In this document: one piece after another, positions 29,755 through 38,727 of the stretch
Layout: each line of letters starts with the position of its first letter
How positions within the stretch are numbered: the stretch's first letter is position 1
Source of the DNA: Candidatus Latescibacterota bacterium
GTDB lineage: Bacteria > Latescibacterota > UBA2968 > UBA8231
Length of the DNA stretch: 64,000 bases
NCBI GenBank assembly: GCA_965208105.1
Contig: OZ242318.1
Span: 3,872,001-3,936,000, forward strand
Reading direction: 5' to 3'
The notes under the pieces: model-generated
The model's database searches: none
What the model was told of the DNA's origin: nothing
The model's input: only the letters and a program-made list of their open reading frames with translations
Translations under genes and position numbers: made by a program

Positions 29755-30146
29755 AGCCTCCTCCTGGCAAAGGATGAGAGTAATAGAGCGCAGGCGGCAA
29801 AACCTGCGCTCCTGCTACTATGCACAATGCAGAACTTTAACCTCTAAACAGCTCGCCGCAAGGGCTGCAACGAACAAGAGAAAGCTGTTGGCAAGTGTCC
29901 TGAGAGAAACACAAAATAAGCCGGGCACTTGCCAACACTCTCGCAATTGATACGGGACTGTTCCAGTGTATTTACCCTGCCCTCAGGAGCGACCTGAAGA
30001 CGTAATAGGCTATTCTATTTCACCGGATACCCGACAGATACCAGGGGTTGCAGAGAGCATTGGCGAAGAGAAGATACGGAGAGCTAAAAAGAGAGGCAAG
30101 AACTTGATTTTTAGACCAGAACTCTCGTTCTTCTACCAATATAAAG

Positions 30147-30296
30147 GCCAGGGCTTGGAGGAACCCTGGCCTCAGTGACTCCTTCACGAGAAAGGAGGTG
30201 GTGCGAAATGGGCCGAAACCGTGCCGTCAGTGATAGCATAGCTTCGGTTATGTAGAGAAGCCCCGCTGGAAAAGGAATTTTTTCTGGCGGGGCTTC
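30147..30296 (+). other. Structured segment: hairpins, stem-sequestered SD and 15-codon sORF (30208-30255)
   Basis: GGCCAGGG/CCCTGGCC stem; CTCCTT pairs with AAGGAG of AAAGGAGGTG; ATG..TAG encodes MGRNRAVSDSIASVM; C-TTCG-G hairpin; long terminal stem GAAGCCCCGC...GCGGGGCTTC. Confidence 0.4.
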
Positions 30297-30422
30297 CAAT
30301 ATAAGCAAACCATCCCACCTAGAACAAATCCCACCGACCAAAAAATAAAGCCTATTTCTACTAATTGTGAAAAATTTCACCATCTAAGATGCTACCTATC
30401 TGAGGAATTTGTACTCTCCATT

Positions 30423-30809
30423 ATGCTGGACTTAAATTGCCTTGGCAATGGCCGTCCGGCTATCACACCAAACTTCGGCATGGCACTGGCAGAGGCCGGA
30501 GGCGTATGCTTGGAATCATAGAACCACGCACCGGGTGTCCAACTTCGCGTCCGAGGATACAGTAACAGATGCTATTTTTTGGACTGGCCTCCAGTTACTG
30601 AGCAGACCCTCAGATGCTGGAATGACCATGAGGTTGCCACTGAACATGGCGCGATGGGTATCGCGGTTTTGCTAGCACAGAAGGAGACCGGTTACACAGT
30701 GATTGAGCGTTCACGGAAAGGTACTGGCTTTGACTACTGGATGGGAGACGTATCAGCTTGGCTTGGATTAATACTTCATGATTTGCCGACCCAAAAAAAA
30801 ATCAAATAG
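30423..30809 (+). pseudogene. Disrupted PD-(D/E)xK-like nuclease-type gene
   Basis: MLDLNCLG..AEAGGVCLES*(TAG 30519)NH..ATEHGAMGIA..ERSRKGTGFDYWMGD, then loses similarity; in-frame stop plus truncation. Confidence 0.5.
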
Positions 30810-30978
30810 CCTGAATTAAAGGAACTATAGGCCAACGGCCTCACTAAACTATGACCCAAATCGACCCGACGGGCCTCATGGGTCCGGCCTCTGCGAAAGG
30901 TTGGTTTCGCGCTTGTGACATCCGATCCAGCAGGAAAGTAGCGGCTCTGGTGATAGAACGACCTTCGTTTTCACTCTC

Positions 30979-32409
30979 GTGAACCTTTCCGACGACAATT
31001 CCCGCGAGTCCCTGACGAGCCAACAGCGCAATCTGCTGCTGGCCGAGCCGGTGGCGCGACTTTCCCTCGAGCGGCGGGTGATTTTCAAGGACGATCCGAC
31101 GATCGCCGACCAACTGGATGTCCAGTATCTGGCGCTGAGCGCGATCGACTTCGTCATGGAACGCTCTGCTGTAGAATCCGGTGCTTCGCCTGATGAAATC
31201 GTCGAGCACGTTGCCGCCGAAGCGACGCGGGTGAAGCCGGGCTTGACCGACGGGCAGAGCCGCAAGGTCGGTCAGGTGGTTCTCGACTATCTCGCCAACG
31301 AACGGGACGGGCACAAGGCGTTCCGCGTCGAGTACTACGATGCCGGTCGAGGCCGCTATTCGTTTCACGACTTCCGGCTGTTGGCCCTGTCCGTCGCCGC
31401 CGACGGATCACCCAGGTACAAGCTGGCCCCCGGGGCACAGATCCTGACGCTCGCGATGCTCGATGTGGCGCCCGAGTTCGCGCAGGAGGCCGAGGCGATC
31501 ATGATCCGAAAGGCGGTCGAACGCGGCCGATTCAAGGATGCGCGAACTCTCGCCCAACGCGCACGCATGCGCTCGATCCACTATCAACAGTTCATTGAAG
31601 ACCGGCTGTTTCAGGTCCGGCGCGCCGCAGACCGCATTGTCTGGAGCGAGGAGGTGCTGCCCGAGCTTGACGAGGCCCGCACGCATCTGAGCGAACGTCG
31701 CAAGCATGAAACCGCAATCATCGAATCAATCCGGGAGCATGTAGCGAATGCACGCGGCGACACGCGGGATCACCTCGTCGATCTCAAGAACACGATCGAC
31801 GAATGCCGCCAGCGTCATGCATCCCTTTTCGAACGCGTCATGACCGCGTCGGAAGAGTTCCGCCGGATTCAGACGAACGCGTTCCGGGCGCGCCGTACGC
31901 AAAACGTGCCCGATCTGGAGGAGCGAATTCTCCTTCCTCTGCTTGGCTCGCCGATGAGAGCGGTCTCCGGCATGAGCGACGAGATCGGAATCGTCTTTGC
32001 AGCCCCTACGCCGCCGCTGCTTTTCGATCTGGCGATGCTGTTCGAGAGTGTCACCCAGCCTCGGTTCCGCCGGGACCCCGCCGGTGAGCACGATGAGCAT
32101 GATTTCGAGGCGATCGAGCGCGTGCCGCCCGAATTCGACGCCGACGAGATTGGAGAAGCACAGGAGTGGCTGGTCCGGGAGATCTCGACGCGCATCCGCC
32201 TGGACATGGCATCGGCAATCGGCGTCGGGGAACGACAAGGTCTCGCGGAGTCCACTCTGCGCTGCGTGCTGTTTCTGATGCTTCGGTCATGGTGCCCTCA
32301 GGACGATCCTCTTGGGGTCATCGCTTCAATCGACGGGACCCTCGAACACAAGCGGGCCGCTGGTGACAATCTGGTGCTCGCCAAGGATTCAGAGCGTTGG
32401 CGGACCTGA
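30979..32409 (+). CDS. jetA: Wadjet JetA-like (kleisin-type) subunit
   Basis: First gene of a tightly coupled four-gene operon with SMC and Toprim genes; helical, 476 aa; assignment mainly positional. Confidence 0.7.
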   Translation: MNLSDDNSRESLTSQQRNLLLAEPVARLSLERRVIFKDDPTIADQLDVQYLALSAIDFVMERSAVESGASPDEIVEHVAAEATRVKPGLTDGQSRKVGQVVLDYLANERDGHKAFRVEYYDAGRGRYSFHDFRLLALSVAADGSPRYKLAPGAQILTLAMLDVAPEFAQEAEAIMIRKAVERGRFKDARTLAQRARMRSIHYQQFIEDRLFQVRRAADRIVWSEEVLPELDEARTHLSERRKHETAIIESIREHVANARGDTRDHLVDLKNTIDECRQRHASLFERVMTASEEFRRIQTNAFRARRTQNVPDLEERILLPLLGSPMRAVSGMSDEIGIVFAAPTPPLLFDLAMLFESVTQPRFRRDPAGEHDEHDFEAIERVPPEFDADEIGEAQEWLVREISTRIRLDMASAIGVGERQGLAESTLRCVLFLMLRSWCPQDDPLGVIASIDGTLEHKRAAGDNLVLAKDSERWRT

Positions 32410-33149
32410 CACATCTGAGCGAGGCCCAGAAAGCTGTTCTTCTCCTCAACAAGGGCCTGTCCCCGCGAGCCTCCGCCCTGCAAGGCGACGTCGACTATCG
32501 ACAACTGCTGGCGCACTGGCATGCCAATCCCGAGTTCCGGCAACTCGTTAACGACCTCGCGCCAATGCTCGGTGTCAGAGTCATCGATGCCCTCGATTTT
32601 GCGATCGTTCTGGCGCCCTCCGGTGCGGACAGTGTCTTCGCCGCTACGCTCACGGACCTTCGCCAGGATCTCGGGGAGATGCGGCGCGGAGCGCTCGCTC
32701 TCGTTCATATCGCGATTGCGGCGACCTTCTTTCCAACCTCTGCCGCCCTGACCGGAGCGCAGGACGACTTCGCGGAGGTCTCCGCCACCCCGGCGAGAGT
32801 TGCGGCGGTGCTTCGCGGGCACTGCGGGCACCTGGAGGCCAAGGCAGGAGACGACCCTGATCTGGCGGAGGCGGGGCTTGCAGAAGCCTGGCGCGAGCTT
32901 GCCCGCCTGCCGGAAGCCAGTCCCGACGGCAGCCAGCGCGCGGGGCTGAGGTCGCTCGCGGGCATGGTCAAGCTCGTTCTCAATCAGCTTGAAGGGCACG
33001 GGATGGTGCAAACCCTCGATACCGCGGAAGGCGAGACCTATATCCCTACACCACGCTACCGGCTGCAGGTGCGTGAGCTTGCCGCCAACGAGCTGTTCGA
33101 ACGTTGCGCCTCCGTCCTGCCCGGCTTCCTCGATCAGGGGAGAGGATGA
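32397..33149 (+). CDS. jetB: Wadjet JetB-like (KITE/winged-helix) subunit
   Basis: 250 aa, overlaps jetA, C-terminal winged-helix-like LNQLEGHGMV...YIPTPRYRLQV; stop abuts the SMC ATG. Confidence 0.7.
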   Translation: MADLTHLSEAQKAVLLLNKGLSPRASALQGDVDYRQLLAHWHANPEFRQLVNDLAPMLGVRVIDALDFAIVLAPSGADSVFAATLTDLRQDLGEMRRGALALVHIAIAATFFPTSAALTGAQDDFAEVSATPARVAAVLRGHCGHLEAKAGDDPDLAEAGLAEAWRELARLPEASPDGSQRAGLRSLAGMVKLVLNQLEGHGMVQTLDTAEGETYIPTPRYRLQVRELAANELFERCASVLPGFLDQGRG

Positions 33150-36100
33150 ATGCGGTACATCACTCGTATCCATCTCTCCGACTGTGGCTGGCGCGAGGCG
33201 TACTACCCCGGGACCACGATCGAGCTTGCCGACCCCCAGACCGGAGAGCCCACGCACACGGTGTTCAGCCTGGAGAACACCGGCGGGAAAACGTCCTTTC
33301 TGGCCCTCGTGCTGAGCTGCTTCGATCCCAGTGAAAGGCGGTTCCTGAAGACGCTGATCCGCTCCAACCAGAAGTTCGGCGACTATTTCGGCGACGTACC
33401 TGCGTTCATCCTCGTGGAATGGGACCTCTCCGGCGGCCAGACGAGCTTTCTGGACGCGCAGCGCCTGGTCACCGGCCAACTGGTGGTTCCGCGGGGGGAG
33501 GGACGGCAGCGAGAGCTCGATCGACATTTCTTTGCGTTCCGAAGCGCGCCCGGTCTCGCACTTGACGACATCCCGGCCCCAGGTCTCCCCGGATTCGAGG
33601 CGATTGGCCGGCTCAACGGGCATCAGGATGTGCAGCGGTGGCTCTACACGATGCGTTCGAGCCACCCCGGCAACTTTCAGAACTTCGACAAGCAGTCGGA
33701 TTGGAAGCGCAAGCTCGCTGAAGAGAAGATCGACACCGAGCTGCTCGCGGCCCAGGTTGAGTTCAACCGAAGCGAGGGGGGCATCGAGGACTTCCTGGAC
33801 TTCCGGAGCGAGTCTCAGTTCCTGCAGAAGTTTCTGGCGATGACCGTGCCGGAGGCGGAGGCCGGCCCGGTGCGGGCGGTGCTCGCCGAGCATGTCGGCA
33901 GGCTCGCGGACTTGCCTCGTCTGGAACGACGCCGGGAGGCGATGTTCCAGTTGAAGGAACGATTCGCTCCGTTCGTGGAAATCGCCGGTGAAGCACAGGC
34001 TGCGCAGGAGGACGTTTCCCGGCGAATCGGGAATGCCGCCGGCCTCAAGGGGGCGCTGAAGGAGCACGGAACTCAGGCCTCGCAGTGGGCCGAGGCACTA
34101 TCGGAAAAGGCGAGGGCGCACCAGACCGCCGCAAGTCAAGCCGAGGCTGCATGCAGGAAGGCGCGAGTCGAGTTCGCTTCCGCGATGGTCGCGATGGCTC
34201 GTGGCCGGCACGAAGCCGCCAAGACACTGGCCGGGACGCGAGAGGAAGAGCTGGGGCAGGCAAAGTCGCGAGCGCATCTCCTCCAAGGAGCGGTCTTGAT
34301 GCGGGAGATCCTCGACGACCGCAGGCGAAGCGAGTCGCTTCGAGAGGCGATCGATGCGGAGCACGCCGACCTCGAACCGCGTCGCCACCTGCTGAGGAGA
34401 GTTGGGGCCGACTTCGAAGCGACGCTCATCCGACGCGCCGCGGCGATGCGCGACCGACATCAGTCCCTGACGGCGGAAGCCGCGGAGTTGGAGACGGCGG
34501 CACGCCAGGCCGAAGAACAGCGAACGGCGGACGATGAAAGTGCCCAAGCCGAGCGGCGGATAATCGCTGGTATCGACGTGGATCTCGGCCACGCGCGCGA
34601 ATTCCGTGCGCGGCTGGAGGAGGAGGGGGTCCTCGAGTCCGGGGAGAGCGCCGAGGCGGCATCCAATCGCCATGCCGAAGCCGCCAGATCGGTCCGAGAT
34701 GAAGCTGAAAATCTGCGCCGACAGGCCGATGAGAAGGACGAGGCAACCCGGGCGCACCGGGATCGCCAGGGCGATCTCAAGGCCGAGCGTTCCCGTACTG
34801 CAAGCGAGATCGGATCCTTGCAGGAAACCGTTCGGGAGGGAGACGAGAAACGCCGGTCTCTGGCCCTTGATTCGACCATTCTCGAGCTAACCGGCGAGAG
34901 TGAGGTCGACCTCGATTCGGAGGCGGTCGACCGGGTGCTCGCGAATGCCAGGGGCAAGTGCGCCTCGACGCTGCGCGACAGCGAGCGACAGCAAGAGCTG
35001 CTCGAAGCCGATCGCGAGTCTCTCGAAGCCACCGGGCTCGCGTCCATTGACAAGGATGTACGCGCGGTCACCGAACGGCTCCATTCCTCGTGTATGCCGG
35101 ACGCCCAGCCATTTGCCGCCTACCTGTCCGAAATAGTGCAATCCCCTGAAGGCGTGCGCCGTTTCGCCGAGCGCGACCCCGCCCGCTTTGCCGGCGTTGC
35201 CGTCCCCAATCGGAAAGCGCTGGACGAGGCGCGCCGCTTGCTTCAGTCCACTCCGCCCCTGAGCCGGGCGGTGACCGTCGCAATCGCAAGCGATGGCCCC
35301 GGTGATGCACCGGAAGACCGGTTCGTCCTGGCGGTCGAAGAGCCGGCTGCCTACGACCGCGGGGCCGCACAAAAGTTGCAACGACGCATCGAGGACGATC
35401 TCGCCCGAATCGAGGAATCGATTGAGGCAGCACGAGGGCGATTGGATAGACTGGATTCCACGCTTCAGAACCTGGGCGCTTGGCGCGAACGGTTCGGCGG
35501 GGGTCGGCTCGATGCAATGCGGCAGTCCATCGAAAAAATGGAAGCGCGCATCGAGGAAGTCGGGGCCGAACTCGTCGCGCTGTCGGAGCGCATCGAGACC
35601 GATGAGGAAGGTGCCAAGCTCTTCCGTAATCGTGCCCGCGAATGCGACGAGCAGGCCCACATCTACACCGACCGTGCCCGCCGCTCCAGCGAGCATCACG
35701 CGCAGTGGGAGTCGCGCGAGGGAGACTGGCAATTGGAGCGCCTTCGCCACGAGAAAGCGGCGCAAGCCTCCGAGGCGCGCGCACGGGATTGCCAGACAAG
35801 GCGGGACGCGTTGGCAGACAAGGCACGCACCCACGAACGCGAGGCGGCGGACATGGCGAACCGAGCCGCGGAAATGGAGCGTGAGGCCGGGGACATCGAG
35901 TACACGGCACCGGGGGGACGGATATCGGAGGATCTCGATGCCCTGCGCCGCGACTACGGGCAGCACCTGGATACGTTGAAGAACCTGGAACAGGAGCGGG
36001 TCGACCATCTGCGCGGCCAGCAACAGGAGATACAACGGGCCCTTGCCCGGAAGGAAGACCAGTTCGGACAGGAGTTCGGCGAACTCGACCGAACGAAGGT

Positions 36101-37526
36101 CGAAGCCGAAGCCGAGCGTGACGGCCTCCGAGACGCCGCCGCTACCGCCGATGAGGCACTCGACACGGCGCGTACGAATGCTTTCTCAGCCCGCGCCGAT
36201 GCAGAGGGCGCGGAGAGAGAGTACCGATCCGAGAGAGACGGGCGCGCTGCTGCGATCAAGCCGGACACTTTCATTGATTTCCGTGCCCACGAACCGGAGG
36301 ACTTGGCCGGTATCGCGTCGCGGGCGGAAGAGACCATCGTCCAGCAAGAGGCTCTCGGAACACGGGGGGCGGAGGCGGCGGAACGGAGGCGCCGGGAGGC
36401 GTCCCGGAACGAACACACCGCGAAGGAGTACATGAACTGGGCGACTACACTGGATGGCGTGCTGCAAGGCGAGTCCGTCTCGCCGGAACGGATCGAACTC
36501 CCACGCCACGAAGAGTTAGCAACCCTCGTTAGCGACACCGTCTCCGGTCTCGGCCATGCGCGCACAGTATTGAACGAAGCGCACAAGCGGGTCTACGGCA
36601 GCTACGACGAAATCCGCAGGTTCATGAACTCCCCCACCTTCAGCCGGCTGGAAGGAGAACGCGAGGTCGCCTTGCACCTGAGCGCAAACGAACCTTTGGC
36701 CGTCGCTGCCCACGCACCCGGAACGGCGGCGCTGATCGACGATCGCCTGAAGAGCATCGAGCACGACCTGTCACGACTCGACGACGATCTCCAGGCGTGC
36801 ATCGATGAGCTGAACTATCTGTTGCGTGCAGCCTTGCATATCTTGCGGCGCATGGTCGAAGACGGACGGATTCCGGACGATGTACCGCGATTCGGGGGCC
36901 AGCCGGTGTTCCGTATCGGTGCCAACCTCTCCCGTATCCCAGCCACCCAACGCAGGGAGATTCTGCGCAGCTATATCACCGATCTGGTGGAGGTTAACCG
37001 GGTGCCGGAAAGTGGCCAGGACATCGCCTCGGAGATGGTGGAACGCATGACGGCGGCATTGGGAAGGAGCACGCTGGACATCCGACTCCTCAAGCCGAAA
37101 GGCGAGGGAGACACCGAGCACATGCCCATCGAGCGAGTGACCGTTTCGGGTGGAGAGTTGCTCACAGCCGCGATGATGATCTACCTCGTGATCGCGAAGC
37201 TGCGGGCAGACGCGATGCACGAAGGCACGGGAGAAGCCGGCGTGCTCATCCTGGACAACCCGTTGGGCAAGGCCAACAAGACGCTGCTGTTGAAGACGCA
37301 GATCGGACTCGCGGACGCAATGGGAATCCAGCTCTTCTACGCGACCGGTGTTCAGGACACGAACGCGCTTGCTGCATTCGAGAACATCGTGAGGCTGCGC
37401 CGCAACCGGCAGTCCCGAGCCACGCGCCGCATCCATGTTGAGATAGAGGCGATGCGCACGCACATCGACAGGAACACGGACGGCGAGCCCTCCGTGGCGG
37501 GGACCCTTGAGGCGGCCGCCGATTAG
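33150..37526 (+). CDS. jetC: SMC-like ATPase JetC (type III-like)
   Basis: Walker A LENTGGKT, long coiled coils with central hinge, signature VSGGE, Walker B LILDNP. Confidence 0.85.
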   Translation: MRYITRIHLSDCGWREAYYPGTTIELADPQTGEPTHTVFSLENTGGKTSFLALVLSCFDPSERRFLKTLIRSNQKFGDYFGDVPAFILVEWDLSGGQTSFLDAQRLVTGQLVVPRGEGRQRELDRHFFAFRSAPGLALDDIPAPGLPGFEAIGRLNGHQDVQRWLYTMRSSHPGNFQNFDKQSDWKRKLAEEKIDTELLAAQVEFNRSEGGIEDFLDFRSESQFLQKFLAMTVPEAEAGPVRAVLAEHVGRLADLPRLERRREAMFQLKERFAPFVEIAGEAQAAQEDVSRRIGNAAGLKGALKEHGTQASQWAEALSEKARAHQTAASQAEAACRKARVEFASAMVAMARGRHEAAKTLAGTREEELGQAKSRAHLLQGAVLMREILDDRRRSESLREAIDAEHADLEPRRHLLRRVGADFEATLIRRAAAMRDRHQSLTAEAAELETAARQAEEQRTADDESAQAERRIIAGIDVDLGHAREFRARLEEEGVLESGESAEAASNRHAEAARSVRDEAENLRRQADEKDEATRAHRDRQGDLKAERSRTASEIGSLQETVREGDEKRRSLALDSTILELTGESEVDLDSEAVDRVLANARGKCASTLRDSERQQELLEADRESLEATGLASIDKDVRAVTERLHSSCMPDAQPFAAYLSEIVQSPEGVRRFAERDPARFAGVAVPNRKALDEARRLLQSTPPLSRAVTVAIASDGPGDAPEDRFVLAVEEPAAYDRGAAQKLQRRIEDDLARIEESIEAARGRLDRLDSTLQNLGAWRERFGGGRLDAMRQSIEKMEARIEEVGAELVALSERIETDEEGAKLFRNRARECDEQAHIYTDRARRSSEHHAQWESREGDWQLERLRHEKAAQASEARARDCQTRRDALADKARTHEREAADMANRAAEMEREAGDIEYTAPGGRISEDLDALRRDYGQHLDTLKNLEQERVDHLRGQQQEIQRALARKEDQFGQEFGELDRTKVEAEAERDGLRDAAATADEALDTARTNAFSARADAEGAEREYRSERDGRAAAIKPDTFIDFRAHEPEDLAGIASRAEETIVQQEALGTRGAEAAERRRREASRNEHTAKEYMNWATTLDGVLQGESVSPERIELPRHEELATLVSDTVSGLGHARTVLNEAHKRVYGSYDEIRRFMNSPTFSRLEGEREVALHLSANEPLAVAAHAPGTAALIDDRLKSIEHDLSRLDDDLQACIDELNYLLRAALHILRRMVEDGRIPDDVPRFGGQPVFRIGANLSRIPATQRREILRSYITDLVEVNRVPESGQDIASEMVERMTAALGRSTLDIRLLKPKGEGDTEHMPIERVTVSGGELLTAAMMIYLVIAKLRADAMHEGTGEAGVLILDNPLGKANKTLLLKTQIGLADAMGIQLFYATGVQDTNALAAFENIVRLRRNRQSRATRRIHVEIEAMRTHIDRNTDGEPSVAGTLEAAAD

Positions 37527-37527
37527 C

Positions 37528-38568
37528 GTGCCCACTTTCGAAGAAGCGCTTCTCGCCCTCGGCAAGCGCCGTATACGCTTGCCCGAGCTTCGAGCAGCAT
37601 ATCTTCGCGCCCATCCGGACGCACTCAATGCTCCGGACCTACGCCGGCTTTTGCTCGACGCGCTGCGCAGGCTGGAGCGAGACGAAGTGGTCGACCTTCC
37701 GGCACCGGGACGGGGGTGGGATAGGTCCGGCAGTCCCGCCCTTCCCCGGACGGCGAGTCTCCGCCACGTGGCACGCTCCCGGCGTTCCCCAGAGGCGCAT
37801 GCCTGGCTGCCGGCTCTTTCCTTCGCGGCGGACGAGCGCCATCCCGTCCGCCGGGCAAACCTTCAGGCCATCAACGAGTTCTTGGTGTCCGCGCGTGACA
37901 GGAGTCTCTACCCAGTGCCGACGCGGGAGCGCTCAATACAGATCTTCGGGGACGAGAAGCGACTCGACGAAATCCGCAAGGGTGAACCAACCCTGTTCGA
38001 TGGACGCATCTCGCTCGACGACCTCCACTGCTATCCCGTCGCACCACCGCTGCCGTTCGAAACCCCTGAAAAGCCTCCGGGCGGGCGGCCCATACTCGTG
38101 CTGGAGAACTATCATTCCTACGACAGTTTCCGCCGTTGGAACCGAGAGGCGGCACTGTATGCCGCAGTTGCTTACGGTGGCGGCAATGCGTTCAGGCAAG
38201 GAGCGGGCAATCTGGACGAACTGATCGCTCGCACCGCCGCCGATGGCGCCCTCTATGTTGGTGATTTGGATCCCAGCGGAGTTTACATACTGCTCGGCGT
38301 CAACGAGCGTCGGCGGGCAGATCGACGGGCATTGGTGCAACCCCATTGCGGCCTATATCGATGGCTGCTGGCACACGGTTGCCGGCGCCCGTTGGACAAG
38401 GCGCCTAGGGACGGCTCGACCGGCCGTCTCGGCGAGGTGTTTCCCGCCGGCATCGCCGGCGCGCTTGGCGAACTGTGGGCTGCAGGGCTGCGAATCCCGC
38501 AAGAGAGTTTTGGCCTTGAACAACTCAGTGGCGAGGAGGCGGCGATCGCCAGCCCAGAGGCCGCCTGA
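37528..38568 (+). CDS. jetD: Wadjet JetD Toprim nuclease
   Basis: RERSIQIFGDEKRLD, VLENYHSY, YGGG, YVGDLDPSG Toprim motifs; GTG 1 nt after the jetC stop. Confidence 0.85.
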   Translation: MPTFEEALLALGKRRIRLPELRAAYLRAHPDALNAPDLRRLLLDALRRLERDEVVDLPAPGRGWDRSGSPALPRTASLRHVARSRRSPEAHAWLPALSFAADERHPVRRANLQAINEFLVSARDRSLYPVPTRERSIQIFGDEKRLDEIRKGEPTLFDGRISLDDLHCYPVAPPLPFETPEKPPGGRPILVLENYHSYDSFRRWNREAALYAAVAYGGGNAFRQGAGNLDELIARTAADGALYVGDLDPSGVYILLGVNERRRADRRALVQPHCGLYRWLLAHGCRRPLDKAPRDGSTGRLGEVFPAGIAGALGELWAAGLRIPQESFGLEQLSGEEAAIASPEAA

Positions 38569-38727
38569 ACCGCCCTGGGGGCCATTGTTTGGTTCGCGAT
38601 CACCGATGGCATTTCACCGTGCGACGCCTACCCCAGGTCGACGCATGATTCTGGCGCAGAACATCGTTGCCCCGGGAAATATGGTGACCCGGGCGCTGCC
38701 ATCCGTGCTCTTCCGTTCGGGCAAGTT

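Larger units (their letters stand above)
27391..29977 (+). mobile_element. IS1595-family element carrying passenger genes (ends tentative)
   Basis: Transposase plus low-GC passengers, bounded by GGG...CCC motifs at 27391-27413 and 29954-29977; IR match is weak and no target duplication was seen. Confidence 0.5.
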
